DNA of 64,000 nucleotides, taken from contig CAXXYE010000009.1 of assembly GCA_963674865.2 (NCBI GenBank), positions 256,001 to 320,000 of the forward strand. Direction: 5' to 3'. The notes below the pieces were generated by a model, which saw only the letters and a program-made list of their open reading frames with translations, did not search any database and was not told the DNA's origin. Made by a program: the position numbers and the translations under genes. Origin of the DNA: Candidatus Hydrogenedentota bacterium (GTDB lineage: Bacteria; Hydrogenedentota; Hydrogenedentia; Hydrogenedentales; SLHB01). Position 1 is the first letter of the stretch; every line of letters begins with the position of its first letter. Positions 10,662-20,672 of the stretch are shown here, in pieces.

Positions 10662-11811
10662 CGTCTTGGCTCGTCTGTTTTCTCTGGTTGAGCGTAACGA
10701 CGGAATCAACGACAAGGCAAAGCTGTCGAAGATCGTCAAGGATGAGTTTGGACTTACTAAAGACCGCTCTGTCTACTACTGCTCCGCCTTTGCGGTTCGC
10801 TTCAGTTCATCCACATCGCGCTCCTTTGGGAATACCGTGCTTTCGCTATCAAACTTGCGGAAATACGACGATCGTCCATTCATAGTCTGCCTTGTCACGC
10901 CGGAAAAGAACTACTGTTTCCTCGGCAACACAACCTTCTTGAGGAAGATCAGTCATAGTTCGCAGGAACTTCGCCAAGACAACATACGCGGTAGCTTCAA
11001 CGGCTCGGATATCGTTCGAGAGTTCGAGGGAATTGAGAACACGGCCGAAAACGTTGAAAGGCTTTATGCGATTCATGCCGACATTGGATTCGAAGGGAAC
11101 CTCCCGCGGCTTGTCGAGGCGACCAACAACATACGTCCGTCTGGGAGGAAGTATGTTATCGATGACGATGCGAGAGCCGCCATTCTAGCTGCGCCAAGAC
11201 GTGCCGTTCTGTTCTCCCAATCAGCCGAACACGCGACCCTCAAAGCAGAGCTTGATTCAAGGGTAGACGAGTTCAAGACAGAGATCTTGTTTGCTGCTTT
11301 GATTGAGAATGTGAATGTGCGCGGCCGAATCATCGAGTATCTGATCGCAGGACAAGATGATGGGCTGCGGCAGGAGCTCATTACGGCCCTTAGAGTGGGA
11401 AGCCGTGGGATTCCGGCGTTCAAGACAGACAACACCTTGGGCGACTACCATAGGCGCTTCGATTTGTTCGAGACCGAAACGGACGTGAAAACGAAGATCA
11501 TGATACTCAATTCGAATCCGAAGGCCTACAACCTGGACAAGATGCTTGAATTCCTTACGAGAGAACACTCGGTCTTCATGTTCTACTTTGTAGGTGTCGA
11601 TCCTGACCGTATCGTGAATACTGTGCTTGTCTCGATGTTCCAAAAAGACCTTCTCGCTGGCACAATTCTCCTTCGACACTGGGCGGGTCGCAACTCACGT
11701 GGAGTATCTCAGTTCGAGGGTAGAGTCATTAACGATCTTGTCCTTTCCCCAGTTCTTGACATAGACGAAGAAGAGGCAGGAAGATTCCTGCAGCGCGTAA
11801 TGGAGCTTTAG
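10654..11811 (+). CDS. Hypothetical protein, putative type II restriction endonuclease
   Basis: Overlaps the MTase stop, lower GC than flanks, candidate PD-(D/E)xK motif LGD...TDVKTK. Confidence 0.55.
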   Translation: MNSVLARLFSLVERNDGINDKAKLSKIVKDEFGLTKDRSVYYCSAFAVRFSSSTSRSFGNTVLSLSNLRKYDDRPFIVCLVTPEKNYCFLGNTTFLRKISHSSQELRQDNIRGSFNGSDIVREFEGIENTAENVERLYAIHADIGFEGNLPRLVEATNNIRPSGRKYVIDDDARAAILAAPRRAVLFSQSAEHATLKAELDSRVDEFKTEILFAALIENVNVRGRIIEYLIAGQDDGLRQELITALRVGSRGIPAFKTDNTLGDYHRRFDLFETETDVKTKIMILNSNPKAYNLDKMLEFLTREHSVFMFYFVGVDPDRIVNTVLVSMFQKDLLAGTILLRHWAGRNSRGVSQFEGRVINDLVLSPVLDIDEEEAGRFLQRVMEL

Positions 11812-12298
11812 GTAGGCCGATGCCCGCCGAATGACCGTAACCGACGTAAGCAAGCCGGGGCGTTGTCGTCAAGTGCTCGGAGGGGCGATCATGGGATAAC
11901 GAATCTCGGGCATTCATCCACTCACGACTCTACGAGGGATCTTCTTTGAGTATGGCTAGATCTCCGAGAAGAACAAGCGCTGGGATCTCAGGCCGCTTCT
12001 CCAAAAGGACACCCAAGACGTAAGATGCGCCGGGCTGGGATTGCTCCTGGCTTCTCCGCCAGACTTGCCTTGGAAGAAGGATCCGTGACTCCATGAGTTC
12101 CGCTGTGGGCCACCGCCCTTCACCCGCTGCGAGCGCTTCCCGCGTAGCGCATTCCATACGCATGACTGCGCCAGGAATGAGGCCCCGTCCGCGTTTCGTG
12201 AGCGGCGCAGTCCTTGAAGTGTGTGTGGTCATACGCGATAATGATCCCCTAACCACCCTGTACCACCCGCCAGAAGCCGGCGATCAGGAGGAATACTT

Positions 12299-13966
12299 AT
12301 GCGAAGTGATCAAGCCAAGAAGGGCCTCGAGCGCATGGCCAACCGCGCGCTCTTGTACGCCACCGGCGTCACGCCCAAGCAGATGGAAAAGCCTTTTATC
12401 GGCGTGTGCTCCAGCTTCACCGATCTGGTGCCAGGCCACATCGGCATGCGCGCCCTCGAACGCAAGATTGAATGGGGCGTGTGCAGCGGCGGCGGCACGC
12501 CGTTTCTCTTCTGCGTGCCGGGCATTTGCGACGGCGTTGCCATGGGCCACTCCGGCATGCACTATTCGCTGCCCTCCCGAGAACTGATCGCCGACATGGT
12601 GGAGTCCATTGTTCAGGCACATCAGCTTGATGGACTCGTGCTGCTCACGAATTGCGACAAGATCACGCCCGGCATGCTCATGGCGGCGTGCCGGCTCGAT
12701 ATCCCGTCCATCGTCGTCACGGCGGGCCCGATGCGCTCCGGGCGTCACAGCGGCCGTCGGCTCTCGCTTGTCCGCGATACCTTTGAGGCCGTAGGCCTGT
12801 GTCAGGCGGGCAAGCTCGGCGCCGAAGAGGCCGCCGAACTCGAGATGGAGGCCTGCCCCGGGGAAGGCTCTTGCCAGGGACTTTACACCGCGAACACGAT
12901 GGCCTGTTTGACGGAGGCCATGGGCATGAGCCTGCCCGGCACGGCGTGCGCCCTCGCCGGTACGGCGAAGAAGGCGCGGCTCGCTCAGGAAGCCGGTGAG
13001 CGGGTGGTTGAGCTTGTGCGCCAAGGCGTCACCTCGCGCGCCATCGTTACGAAGGGCGCCGTCGAGAACGCGATTCGCGTGGATCTGGCCCTCGGCGGCT
13101 CCACCAACACGACGCTCCATATCCCGGCCATCGCCCACGCGGCCGAAGTGGACGTGACGCTTGAAGCCTTCGATCGGCTCAGCCGCGAAGTGCCTCAACT
13201 TGCCTCCTTACGGCCCGGCGGCGAGTTCATGATGGAGGATCTCGATTGGGCCGGGGGCATCCCGTCCATGCTCAAAGCATTGGCCCCGCTGTTGGACAAG
13301 GACTGCCAGACGTGCAGCGGCGCGACTATCGCCCAGATCTGTGAAGCCGCTCCGGTTGGCGCCCCCGAAGTCGTTCACACCCTCGACGCCCCCGTCGCCA
13401 AGGAAGGCGGCATCGCCGTCCTCAAGGGCTCGCTCGCGCCCGACGGCGCAGTCGTCAAGCAGGGCGCCGTCTCCCCCGCGATGCAGCAATTCACCGGCAC
13501 GGCGCGTGTATTCGACAACGAGGACGCCGCCATGGCGTATCTGCTCGAAGGCAAAGTGGCGCCGAACGACGTCCTAATCGTGCGTTACGAAGGCCCGAAG
13601 GGCGGGCCCGGCATGCGCGAATCCCTCGCGCTGACGGCGGCCGTGGCCGGCTGCGGCCTGGGCGACAAGATTGCCATCGTTACCGACGGCCGCTTTTCCG
13701 GGGGCACCCGTAACCTGAGTATCGGGCACGTCTCGCCGGAGGCCGCCGAAGGGGGAGCCATCGCCCTCGTCCGGAATGGTGATTCCATCAAGGTGGATTT
13801 ACCGGCCCGCCGCCTCGATCTGCTCGTCGACGAGAAGGAACTCGAAAAACGCCGCGCGGCCTGGCAGCGGCCCGCCCCGAAATTCTCCCGTGGCTGGCTG
13901 TCGCGCTATGAACGCCTCGTCACCAGTGCGGCGCAGGGGGCTGTCTTGGAGCCGCCGTCTGTGTAA
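12299..13966 (+). CDS. ilvD: Dihydroxy-acid dehydratase (PGH/CDG motif type)
   Basis: [52 protein letters not shown]. Confidence 0.93.
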   Translation: MRSDQAKKGLERMANRALLYATGVTPKQMEKPFIGVCSSFTDLVPGHIGMRALERKIEWGVCSGGGTPFLFCVPGICDGVAMGHSGMHYSLPSRELIADMVESIVQAHQLDGLVLLTNCDKITPGMLMAACRLDIPSIVVTAGPMRSGRHSGRRLSLVRDTFEAVGLCQAGKLGAEEAAELEMEACPGEGSCQGLYTANTMACLTEAMGMSLPGTACALAGTAKKARLAQEAGERVVELVRQGVTSRAIVTKGAVENAIRVDLALGGSTNTTLHIPAIAHAAEVDVTLEAFDRLSREVPQLASLRPGGEFMMEDLDWAGGIPSMLKALAPLLDKDCQTCSGATIAQICEAAPVGAPEVVHTLDAPVAKEGGIAVLKGSLAPDGAVVKQGAVSPAMQQFTGTARVFDNEDAAMAYLLEGKVAPNDVLIVRYEGPKGGPGMRESLALTAAVAGCGLGDKIAIVTDGRFSGGTRNLSIGHVSPEAAEGGAIALVRNGDSIKVDLPARRLDLLVDEKELEKRRAAWQRPAPKFSRGWLSRYERLVTSAAQGAVLEPPSV

Positions 13967-14014
13967 GTCACCCGGCCGCCTCGTAGCGTTCGCCGGGCTG
14001 AAAGGAACGGAAGT

Positions 14015-14776
14015 ATGCCGTCTAGGGAATCCCGCCGCGAGTTGATCAAGTCGCAGTTTGGCCTGCACAAACTGCTGCCGCAACAGGACTTGATGTCCGA
14101 TCAGCAGAAGGGGGCCGGTGCGCCCCCCCTCCAGAAGCCCTTTGTGGAAGATGCCGAGATCATCCAGCTCCCTGAGCCGGACGCCGCTGTCTTGACGGAA
14201 CGTGATATCAACGCTTGCGTGTCCCAACGCCGGAGTCGCCGGCAATTCGCCGCCGAGGACATCCCGCTCGAGAACCTCTCCTACCTCCTATGGGCCACGC
14301 AAGGCATCCAGGAAGTCGTCGGTGACGGCTACGCCAGCTTCCGTACGGTGCCCTCCGGCGGCGCGCGCCATCCGCTTGAGACGTATGTCGTGGCGAATCG
14401 CGTCAGCGGACTCGCGAAAGGCGTGTTTCGCTACCTGCCGTGCGGGCACCGGCTCCTTTTCGAGTTCGACGGCGAGGACGTGTCGGCGCAACTTGCCGAA
14501 GCCGCCTGCGGGCAGGCCTTTGTCGGCGAAGCTCCCGTGACGTTCATCTGGACATGCGTTCCCTACCGCTGCGAGTGGCGTTATCCCCTCGAAGCGCCCA
14601 AGCTGATCCTTCTCGACGCGGGCCACGCTTGCCAGAACCTCTACCTGGCCTGTGAGGCCATGGGCTATGCCACGTGCGCCATCGCGGCGTATGAACAAGA
14701 CGCCATGGATCGCCTCCTGCGCGTGGATGGCGAGAACGAGTTCGCCGTCTACCTGGCCCCCGCCGGCAAGAAATAG
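14015..14776 (+). CDS. SagB/ThcOx-family nitroreductase-like FMN protein
   Basis: RRSRR, RTVPSGGARHPLE, LDAGHACQNLYL. Confidence 0.88.
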   Translation: MPSRESRRELIKSQFGLHKLLPQQDLMSDQQKGAGAPPLQKPFVEDAEIIQLPEPDAAVLTERDINACVSQRRSRRQFAAEDIPLENLSYLLWATQGIQEVVGDGYASFRTVPSGGARHPLETYVVANRVSGLAKGVFRYLPCGHRLLFEFDGEDVSAQLAEAACGQAFVGEAPVTFIWTCVPYRCEWRYPLEAPKLILLDAGHACQNLYLACEAMGYATCAIAAYEQDAMDRLLRVDGENEFAVYLAPAGKK

Positions 14777-14855
14777 CGGCCCTATCAGCGGCGTTGTCAT
14801 GGTAAGGCGCCGGAGCCGACGCCGGCGCCGGGAAGCTGTGTCCGGGAGGCCATCC

Positions 14856-16580
14856 ATGAAAAAGCCGTCGCTCCATCGCCATTACTCCACCGCCGTCACG
14901 GGGCCCCTCGAACGGGCTCCCAGCCGCGCCATGCTCCGCGCCGTTGGCTTCGATGAGGCCGACATGGCCAGGTCGCAGGTGGGCATCGCCTCGACTTGGA
15001 GCATGGTTACCCCCTGCAATATGCACATCGACTCCCTTGTGAAGCACGTGGGGATGGGCGTCGAGGCCGCCGGGGGCAAAGGCATCATCTTCAACACCAT
15101 CACCATTTCCGACGGCATCGCCATGGGCACGGAAGGGATGAAGTACTCCTTAGTGTCACGTGAAGTCATCGCGGATTCGGTGGAAACCGTCGGCGGCTGC
15201 CAGGCTTTCGACGGATTGGTGGCCATCGGCGGGTGCGATAAGAATATGCCCGGATGCATGATGGGCATCGCACGCCTGAATAGGCCCGCCGTGTTCGTGT
15301 ACGGCGGCACCATCATGCCCGGCAAGTATCAGGGGAAGCCCGTAGACATTGTCTCCGTGTTTGAAGCCGTGGGCCGGCATGCGCGGGGCGAGATATCGGA
15401 TGAGGAACTCCACGCTATCGAAGCCTGCGCGATTCCCGGCCCGGGCGCCTGCGGCGGGATGTATACGGCGAACACCATGGCCTGTGCCATCGAGGCCCTC
15501 GGGATGAGCCTGCCCAACAGCTCGGCCCAGGCCGCCGTTTCCGACGCGAAGGAGCGCGACTGCGCCGCGGCGGGCGCCGCTGTCATGGACCTCATCAATG
15601 AGGGGATCCGCCCGAGCGATATCATGACGCGCAAGGCCTTCGAGAACGCCGTGACGGTGGTTATGGCTTTGGGCGGCTCGACTAACGCCGTGCTCCACTT
15701 GCTCGCCATGGCCCACACCGTCGGCGTCAGACTCTCGCTGGACGATTTCGCCCGCATCGGCAAGCGCACGCCCGTGCTTGCCGACCTCAAACCTAGCGGG
15801 CGGCACGTCATGGCCGACCTCGTCAGGATCGGCGGCGTCACGCCGCTCATGAATATGCTGCTGAAGGCGGGACTACTCCATGGGGATTGCCTCACCGTCA
15901 CCGGCAAGACACTGAAGCAGAATCTGGCCCGCGTGAAGGCGTATCCCAAGAGCCAGCAAGTCATCCGGCCTTTCAGCAATCCCGTGAAGCAGACGGGCCA
16001 CCTCGTCGTGCTCTACGGAAACCTCGCGCCCGAGGGGGCCGTAGCCAAGATCAGCGGCAAAGAGGGCACCCGCTTCGCCGGTAAAGCACGCGTCTTCCGC
16101 TCGGAGGAGGAGGCCCTGGCGCGCATCTTGGACGGCACCGTCAAGAAGGGCCACGTCGTGGTAATCCGCTACGAGGGGCCGAAGGGCGGCCCAGGAATGC
16201 GTGAAATGCTTGCCCCTACCTCGGCCCTCATCGGACGCGGACTCGGAAAAGATGTTGCCCTGATCACCGACGGCCGCTTCTCAGGCGGCAGCCACGGCTT
16301 TGTCGTGGGCCATATTACTCCCGAGGCTCAGGCCGGCGGCCCCATCGCCGTGGTGAAGAATGGGGACAACATTATCATCGATGCTGAGAACCGCAGCATC
16401 ACCCTTGATATCGCCGACACGGAGATGCGCACGCGTCTGGCGAAATGGAAGCCCCCGAAGCCGCGCTATGCGCGCGGCGTCCTGGCCAAGTATGCCGCCC
16501 TCGCCGCATCGGCGTCTCGCGGCGCGCTTACCGACGCCGCGTTGGCCGACCTCACGCGGCCGCCGTCCGAAACACGGTGA
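14856..16580 (+). CDS. ilvD: Dihydroxy-acid dehydratase, second copy (PCN/SDG motif type)
   Basis: [42 protein letters not shown] at 14856 after GGAGG. Confidence 0.93.
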   Translation: MKKPSLHRHYSTAVTGPLERAPSRAMLRAVGFDEADMARSQVGIASTWSMVTPCNMHIDSLVKHVGMGVEAAGGKGIIFNTITISDGIAMGTEGMKYSLVSREVIADSVETVGGCQAFDGLVAIGGCDKNMPGCMMGIARLNRPAVFVYGGTIMPGKYQGKPVDIVSVFEAVGRHARGEISDEELHAIEACAIPGPGACGGMYTANTMACAIEALGMSLPNSSAQAAVSDAKERDCAAAGAAVMDLINEGIRPSDIMTRKAFENAVTVVMALGGSTNAVLHLLAMAHTVGVRLSLDDFARIGKRTPVLADLKPSGRHVMADLVRIGGVTPLMNMLLKAGLLHGDCLTVTGKTLKQNLARVKAYPKSQQVIRPFSNPVKQTGHLVVLYGNLAPEGAVAKISGKEGTRFAGKARVFRSEEEALARILDGTVKKGHVVVIRYEGPKGGPGMREMLAPTSALIGRGLGKDVALITDGRFSGGSHGFVVGHITPEAQAGGPIAVVKNGDNIIIDAENRSITLDIADTEMRTRLAKWKPPKPRYARGVLAKYAALAASASRGALTDAALADLTRPPSETR

Positions 16581-17517
16581 ACACGGTTGTCAGATACGCC
16601 AAGTAGATAGCGAACAGGACGCCGCCTTCCCAACGGCTCAACCTGCTTCCCGTCAGTCCGAAGAGCAGGAGGAGCACGGATAGGAACAACATCACCGGGA
16701 TGTCGAATATCAGCGTCTGACGGACGAGCGGCAGCGGCCTCACGAGGGAGCATGCCCCGATCACCCAAGCTAGGTTGAGGATATTCGCTCCAATGATGTT
16801 GCCAATCGACAAGCCCCGGCGCTTCTTGGCGATGGCCGCCAGGCTGACCACAAGCTCAGGCGTCGAGGTCCCCACGGCGACGACCGTGAGTCCGATAATC
16901 AGCTTCGACACGCCCATCAACAAGGCGAGTTGCTCCGCCGCGTGAACCATCATCTTGCTGCCCAGCACTACGCCCACCGCTCCGACGGCAAACAAGGCCA
17001 CAATCCGGCCGGTGCCCATGGCCTCCGCGGCGTCTTCGGCCTCGGTGGACGTGGCGCGATACTTCATCGATGAGCGGACGACGCTTACCAGGTAGACGCC
17101 CAGGCAGGACACCATGACGAGGCCCGTCCAGCGGCTGCCTTCAGGAAAGACGTATCCGAGCGCGCCGAAAATGCCCGCCAGCGCCAGCAGTCCCAAGCCG
17201 CTGTTGAGAAAGCCCCGGCGTTCTACGCCCATGGGCGACAGCAGCGCGCAGACGCCTAGGATCAAGCCCACGTTGCAGATAGTCGAGCCCACGGCGTTGC
17301 CGACAGCCATCTCAACGTGATTCTGAATAACCGCGGTGAAGGATACCGCGAATTCCGGCAGGGTCGTCGCGAGACTGACAATAGTCGCGCCTACGACGAT
17401 CTCCGGTATCCGAAGCCGCCGGGCGACCTCCACGGCGGCGTCCGTAAACCAATCCGCGGACTTGACGAGAATCGCCACGCCCGCAGCAAGAAGCACGAAG
17501 TGAAGGAGTAATTCCAT
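16552..17517 (-). CDS. Calcium/sodium antiporter (YrbG/CaCA family)
   Basis: Alpha repeats ATTLPE..GNAVGS and GTSTPE..GNIIGAN; the longer ORF-track start runs antisense into the IS. Confidence 0.9.
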   Translation of the reverse strand: MELLLHFVLLAAGVAILVKSADWFTDAAVEVARRLRIPEIVVGATIVSLATTLPEFAVSFTAVIQNHVEMAVGNAVGSTICNVGLILGVCALLSPMGVERRGFLNSGLGLLALAGIFGALGYVFPEGSRWTGLVMVSCLGVYLVSVVRSSMKYRATSTEAEDAAEAMGTGRIVALFAVGAVGVVLGSKMMVHAAEQLALLMGVSKLIIGLTVVAVGTSTPELVVSLAAIAKKRRGLSIGNIIGANILNLAWVIGACSLVRPLPLVRQTLIFDIPVMLFLSVLLLLFGLTGSRLSRWEGGVLFAIYLAYLTTVFTVFRTAAA

Positions 17518-17569
17518 AGGCGCGTAGCATAGCATATAGCCTGCGGCGGGCCAATCTTCTCCGTACGCG

Positions 17570-18800
17570 CTAAGTGATCCCCAGTTTTGCGATAGGTGCA
17601 TGAATAAGGGCCAAACACGAGTTTCCGACCTGTATACTGGCGAAAGTCGACCAAAACCGTCGTCAGCAGGAGGATTTTTCATGTTTGGCCCGAGCAAGAT
17701 TATGAAGTGGTTCGACCGGAATCTGCAAGAGGTGCGACGGTCGCGACGCAAGACGCTGGCCCATATCGCGGCAGGAGCCATGAAGATGAAAGGGGTCGGC
17801 GTGTTGGCGTTGGGACGCGCCATGGATGGCCCGGCACTCGCAAAGCACCGTATTAAAAGGGTGGATCGCTTCTTAGGCAATGAGCAGGTGGAAGCCTTCG
17901 CCATTGCCAAGGCGTTGTTCAACATCCTGCGAGGCCAAGACCGACGGCCCTTGGTCCTGGTCGATTGGACGGATCGCGGTGCCTTCGAACAACTGGTTCT
18001 CTCCATTCCCCAAGACGGCCGCTCTATGCCGTTCCACGCCATCTCCATCGATTCGACCAAATTCGGGACGGAAAGTGAAGGGGCTCTCATCCAAGCTGAA
18101 CGAGAGATTCTGCGAGACCTGCACGCCATGTGTCCGCCCGGCGTGACTCCGATTATCGTGGCCGACCGGGGCTTCGGAAACGAGCGCTGGATACGCGATG
18201 TCACAAACTGGGGATGGTGCTTTGTGCAGCGTCTGTCCAAGAATCATTGGGTCGAAACCGAGCACCACATCGGCACCCTCCCCGAACTGGGGATACGGCG
18301 AGGCTATCGCCCCAAAGACTGGGGCTGGGGCACGATGGGAGAAAAGGACGCCGACAACAAGACGCCCTTTCGGCTGGTCACCGTCTTCGGTTGGGAGGCC
18401 GACGAGCCGTGGTATCTCATTACAAACATTGAAGATCGCGAGGCCCGGGCCATCACATCCATCTACGCGAAGCGCTGGTGGACTGAAATGATGTTTCGAG
18501 ATCTGAAGAACCGCAAATGGGGGCTCGGCATGGACGAAGTGAAACTCACCTCCCGCCAGCGCACCGCTGTGCACTTCATCATCGTCATGCTTGCCTTCAT
18601 TCTTCTGTGCGCCTTCGGCGCCTTCGCCGAAACCAAAGACTTCGGCGAACAACTCAAAGCAAACACCGCCGAGAACAGAGCCCTCTCCCTCGCCGCCACA
18701 GGAAACCACTTCATCGAATTCATCGGACGAACCACCGTTGCTATGGCCATCGCTAGATTGGTCTACGCACCTACATAGAACCAAACTGGGGAGTACTCAG
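17570..18800 (+). mobile_element. IS4-family insertion sequence (IS10-like ends), 1231 bp
   Basis: Terminal inverted repeats CTAAGTGATCCCCAGTTT and CTGAGTACTCCCCAGTTT (reverse complement); direct repeat GTACGCG at 17563-17569 and 18801-18807. Confidence 0.93.
17681..18778 (+). CDS. IS4-family DDE transposase
   Basis: VDWT, ADRGF, YAKRWWTEMMFRDLK (YREK motif); AGGAGG RBS. Confidence 0.93.
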   Translation: MFGPSKIMKWFDRNLQEVRRSRRKTLAHIAAGAMKMKGVGVLALGRAMDGPALAKHRIKRVDRFLGNEQVEAFAIAKALFNILRGQDRRPLVLVDWTDRGAFEQLVLSIPQDGRSMPFHAISIDSTKFGTESEGALIQAEREILRDLHAMCPPGVTPIIVADRGFGNERWIRDVTNWGWCFVQRLSKNHWVETEHHIGTLPELGIRRGYRPKDWGWGTMGEKDADNKTPFRLVTVFGWEADEPWYLITNIEDREARAITSIYAKRWWTEMMFRDLKNRKWGLGMDEVKLTSRQRTAVHFIIVMLAFILLCAFGAFAETKDFGEQLKANTAENRALSLAATGNHFIEFIGRTTVAMAIARLVYAPT

Positions 18801-18951
18801 GTACGCGACGACCCCGGCTCGTGTAGGCTCTGCGACGCCAAAGGACGGGCCGTCCCGGTTCCGTTGAGGCCCTCGATCCTACCTGCGTTCGACTCGCTTT
18901 TCGGCCGAAACGCGTGCTAATATCGTGTACTTAGGCAGGAGGGGACTCTCT

Positions 18952-19788
18952 ATGATCAGGAGACTTAGAAAGCTTGTTCGCGAAGCGCTGACGGAGGACA
19001 TCGGCCAAGAGGACATCACTACCACTACGATGGTTCCTCCCGACGCTCGTTGTGAAGCGCGGTTAATTGCGAAGCAAGACGGCGTCTTGAGCGGGATGGA
19101 AGTATTCCGCATTGTGTTCGATGTGCTCCGCGCTAGCGTAACTGACTGGGGCGCCCTCTCGGATGGCGCCAAGTTCACGAAGGGTGATGAAATTGCCACC
19201 TTCAGCGGGAGTACTGCCGCCGTTCTGACGGGAGAGCGGGTGGCCATGAATTTCATCCAGCACCTTTCGGGCGTGGCGACCCTTACGGCCAAGCATGTCG
19301 CCGCCGTCGAAGGGCTGAACGTCAAGATCTGCGACACCCGCAAGACCACGCCCCTCCTTCGCCAACTTGAGAAAAAGGCTGTCGTGGATGGCGGCGGCAC
19401 GAATCACCGGCACACGCTCTTCAACGGCGTCGTCATCAAAGAGAACCACATCGTCGCCGCGGGCGGTATCCGCGAAGCCATCAAAAAGGCGTGGGATAGA
19501 ACTCACCATCTGATGAAGATCGAGGTCGAAGTCACGAACCTTGATGAATTCGACGCGGCATTAGATTCGGAAGCTGATGTGATCATGCTCGACAACATGA
19601 GCCTGGCCAACATGCGCGAGGCCGTACGCCGCTCTCGTAAGAGACGCGTCGTACTCGAGGCAAGCGGCAACGCGAACCTCTCCACCGTGCGCAAGATTGC
19701 GGAAACAGGCGTGCACGTCATTTCTGTGGGGGCGCTAACTCACTCGGCGCCTTCTGTGGATCTGTCCTTTCTGATTGAGAATGCCTAG
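18952..19788 (+). CDS. nadC: Nicotinate-nucleotide pyrophosphorylase (carboxylating)
   Basis: DTRKTTP, HR, IKENH, EVEV, MLDNM, EASG, SVGALTHS. Confidence 0.95.
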   Translation: MIRRLRKLVREALTEDIGQEDITTTTMVPPDARCEARLIAKQDGVLSGMEVFRIVFDVLRASVTDWGALSDGAKFTKGDEIATFSGSTAAVLTGERVAMNFIQHLSGVATLTAKHVAAVEGLNVKICDTRKTTPLLRQLEKKAVVDGGGTNHRHTLFNGVVIKENHIVAAGGIREAIKKAWDRTHHLMKIEVEVTNLDEFDAALDSEADVIMLDNMSLANMREAVRRSRKRRVVLEASGNANLSTVRKIAETGVHVISVGALTHSAPSVDLSFLIENA

Positions 19789-19909
19789 GAGTGCGGCCGG
19801 AAAGCCGCCGAATGACGGGGAATGAGAGTTCTGGGTATTGAGATAACGACTCACAAATGCTTTCTGGCCGCATTCCACCGGGAACCGCACTTTCAGGCCA
19901 GACTTCTAG
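19785..19909. mobile_element. MITE-like ~125-bp element bounded by CTAG, copy 1
   Basis: Imperfect terminal IRs CTAGGAGTGCGGCCGGAAAG and CTTTCAGGCCAGACTTCTAG; colinear with 41872-41997. Confidence 0.8.
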
Positions 19910-19928
19910 GAGTGTGCCTTCAGGCCTG

Positions 19929-20669
19929 ATGCCTAGCCCGACGCCACACGCTTCGCTCGCCGCCGTGCCGGCGAACACGGACATTGTCGCTTCGCGCATC
20001 CTGACGTACGAGGAAGTCTCGAGCACCAATGACGTAGCCTTGCGTCTCGGTGGGCAAGGCACCGTGATCGTAGCTGATCGGCAAACCGCCGGCCGCGGCC
20101 GCCATGGGCGCTCGTGGCACAGTCCCGCGGGACTCGGGCTCTGGTTTAGCGTGGCCTTCGAGGAGCCGCTCGACGGCTTGACCTTTGCCGGTGTCTTGGC
20201 TGTGCGGGACGCCCTGAGAAGCTACGCCCCGCTGGACGTCAAGTGGCCCAACGACCTCCTGGCCTACGGAAAGAAGATCTGCGGTGTTCTTGTTGAGCGC
20301 AGACAGAAGCGCAGCGCGTTGGGCATCGGCATCAATGTCCATCACCGCGCCGAGGATTTCCCGGAAGACCTCCGCTGCCGCGCGACCTCCCTGGCCATTC
20401 TCGGCGCCGAGCCGCTCGATCGCGGCGCCGTGCTGCGGGATGTTTTGACCCACCTTGACCGCCGCGTTATGCTCTTATACCGGCAGGGGCTGGAGCCTAC
20501 ATGGCGGGAGTGGGCCGACGCCTGCCGATTAGACGGGCGGCGGGTGCGCTGGGACGGCATGGAGGCCACGGTAACGCGCATTGAGAAGGACGGCGCGTTG
20601 GTGCTGGCCACGCCGAAGGGCGCCCATCGGCTGGTAAAGGGCGAGATCGCCGTACTGGACGGGACTTGA
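19929..20669 (+). CDS. birA: Biotin--[acetyl-CoA-carboxylase] ligase, class I (no HTH); start uncertain
   Basis: SSTN, QTAGRGRHGRSW, KWPND, KICGVL, GIGIN. Confidence 0.92.
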   Translation: MPSPTPHASLAAVPANTDIVASRILTYEEVSSTNDVALRLGGQGTVIVADRQTAGRGRHGRSWHSPAGLGLWFSVAFEEPLDGLTFAGVLAVRDALRSYAPLDVKWPNDLLAYGKKICGVLVERRQKRSALGIGINVHHRAEDFPEDLRCRATSLAILGAEPLDRGAVLRDVLTHLDRRVMLLYRQGLEPTWREWADACRLDGRRVRWDGMEATVTRIEKDGALVLATPKGAHRLVKGEIAVLDGT

Positions 20670-20672
20670 GCC

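Noticed and set aside
9370..12249. TGATCCCC at both edges of the R-M islet as a possible attachment or target duplication
   Set aside because: Only 8 bp, no integrase or tRNA nearby; could easily be chance
11930..12256. 108-aa minus-strand ORF after the putative endonuclease
   Set aside because: No recognisable motif or RBS; could be a decayed gene fragment but is not supportable
14015..14776. SagB/ThcOx gene as a sign of a thiazole/oxazole RiPP cluster
   Set aside because: No YcaO, E1-like protein or precursor peptide nearby; stand-alone members are common
17518..18240. Long N-terminal extension of the Ca/Na antiporter in the ORF track (562 aa)
   Set aside because: It is antisense read-through across the IS transposase; family similarity begins at MELLLHF (17517)
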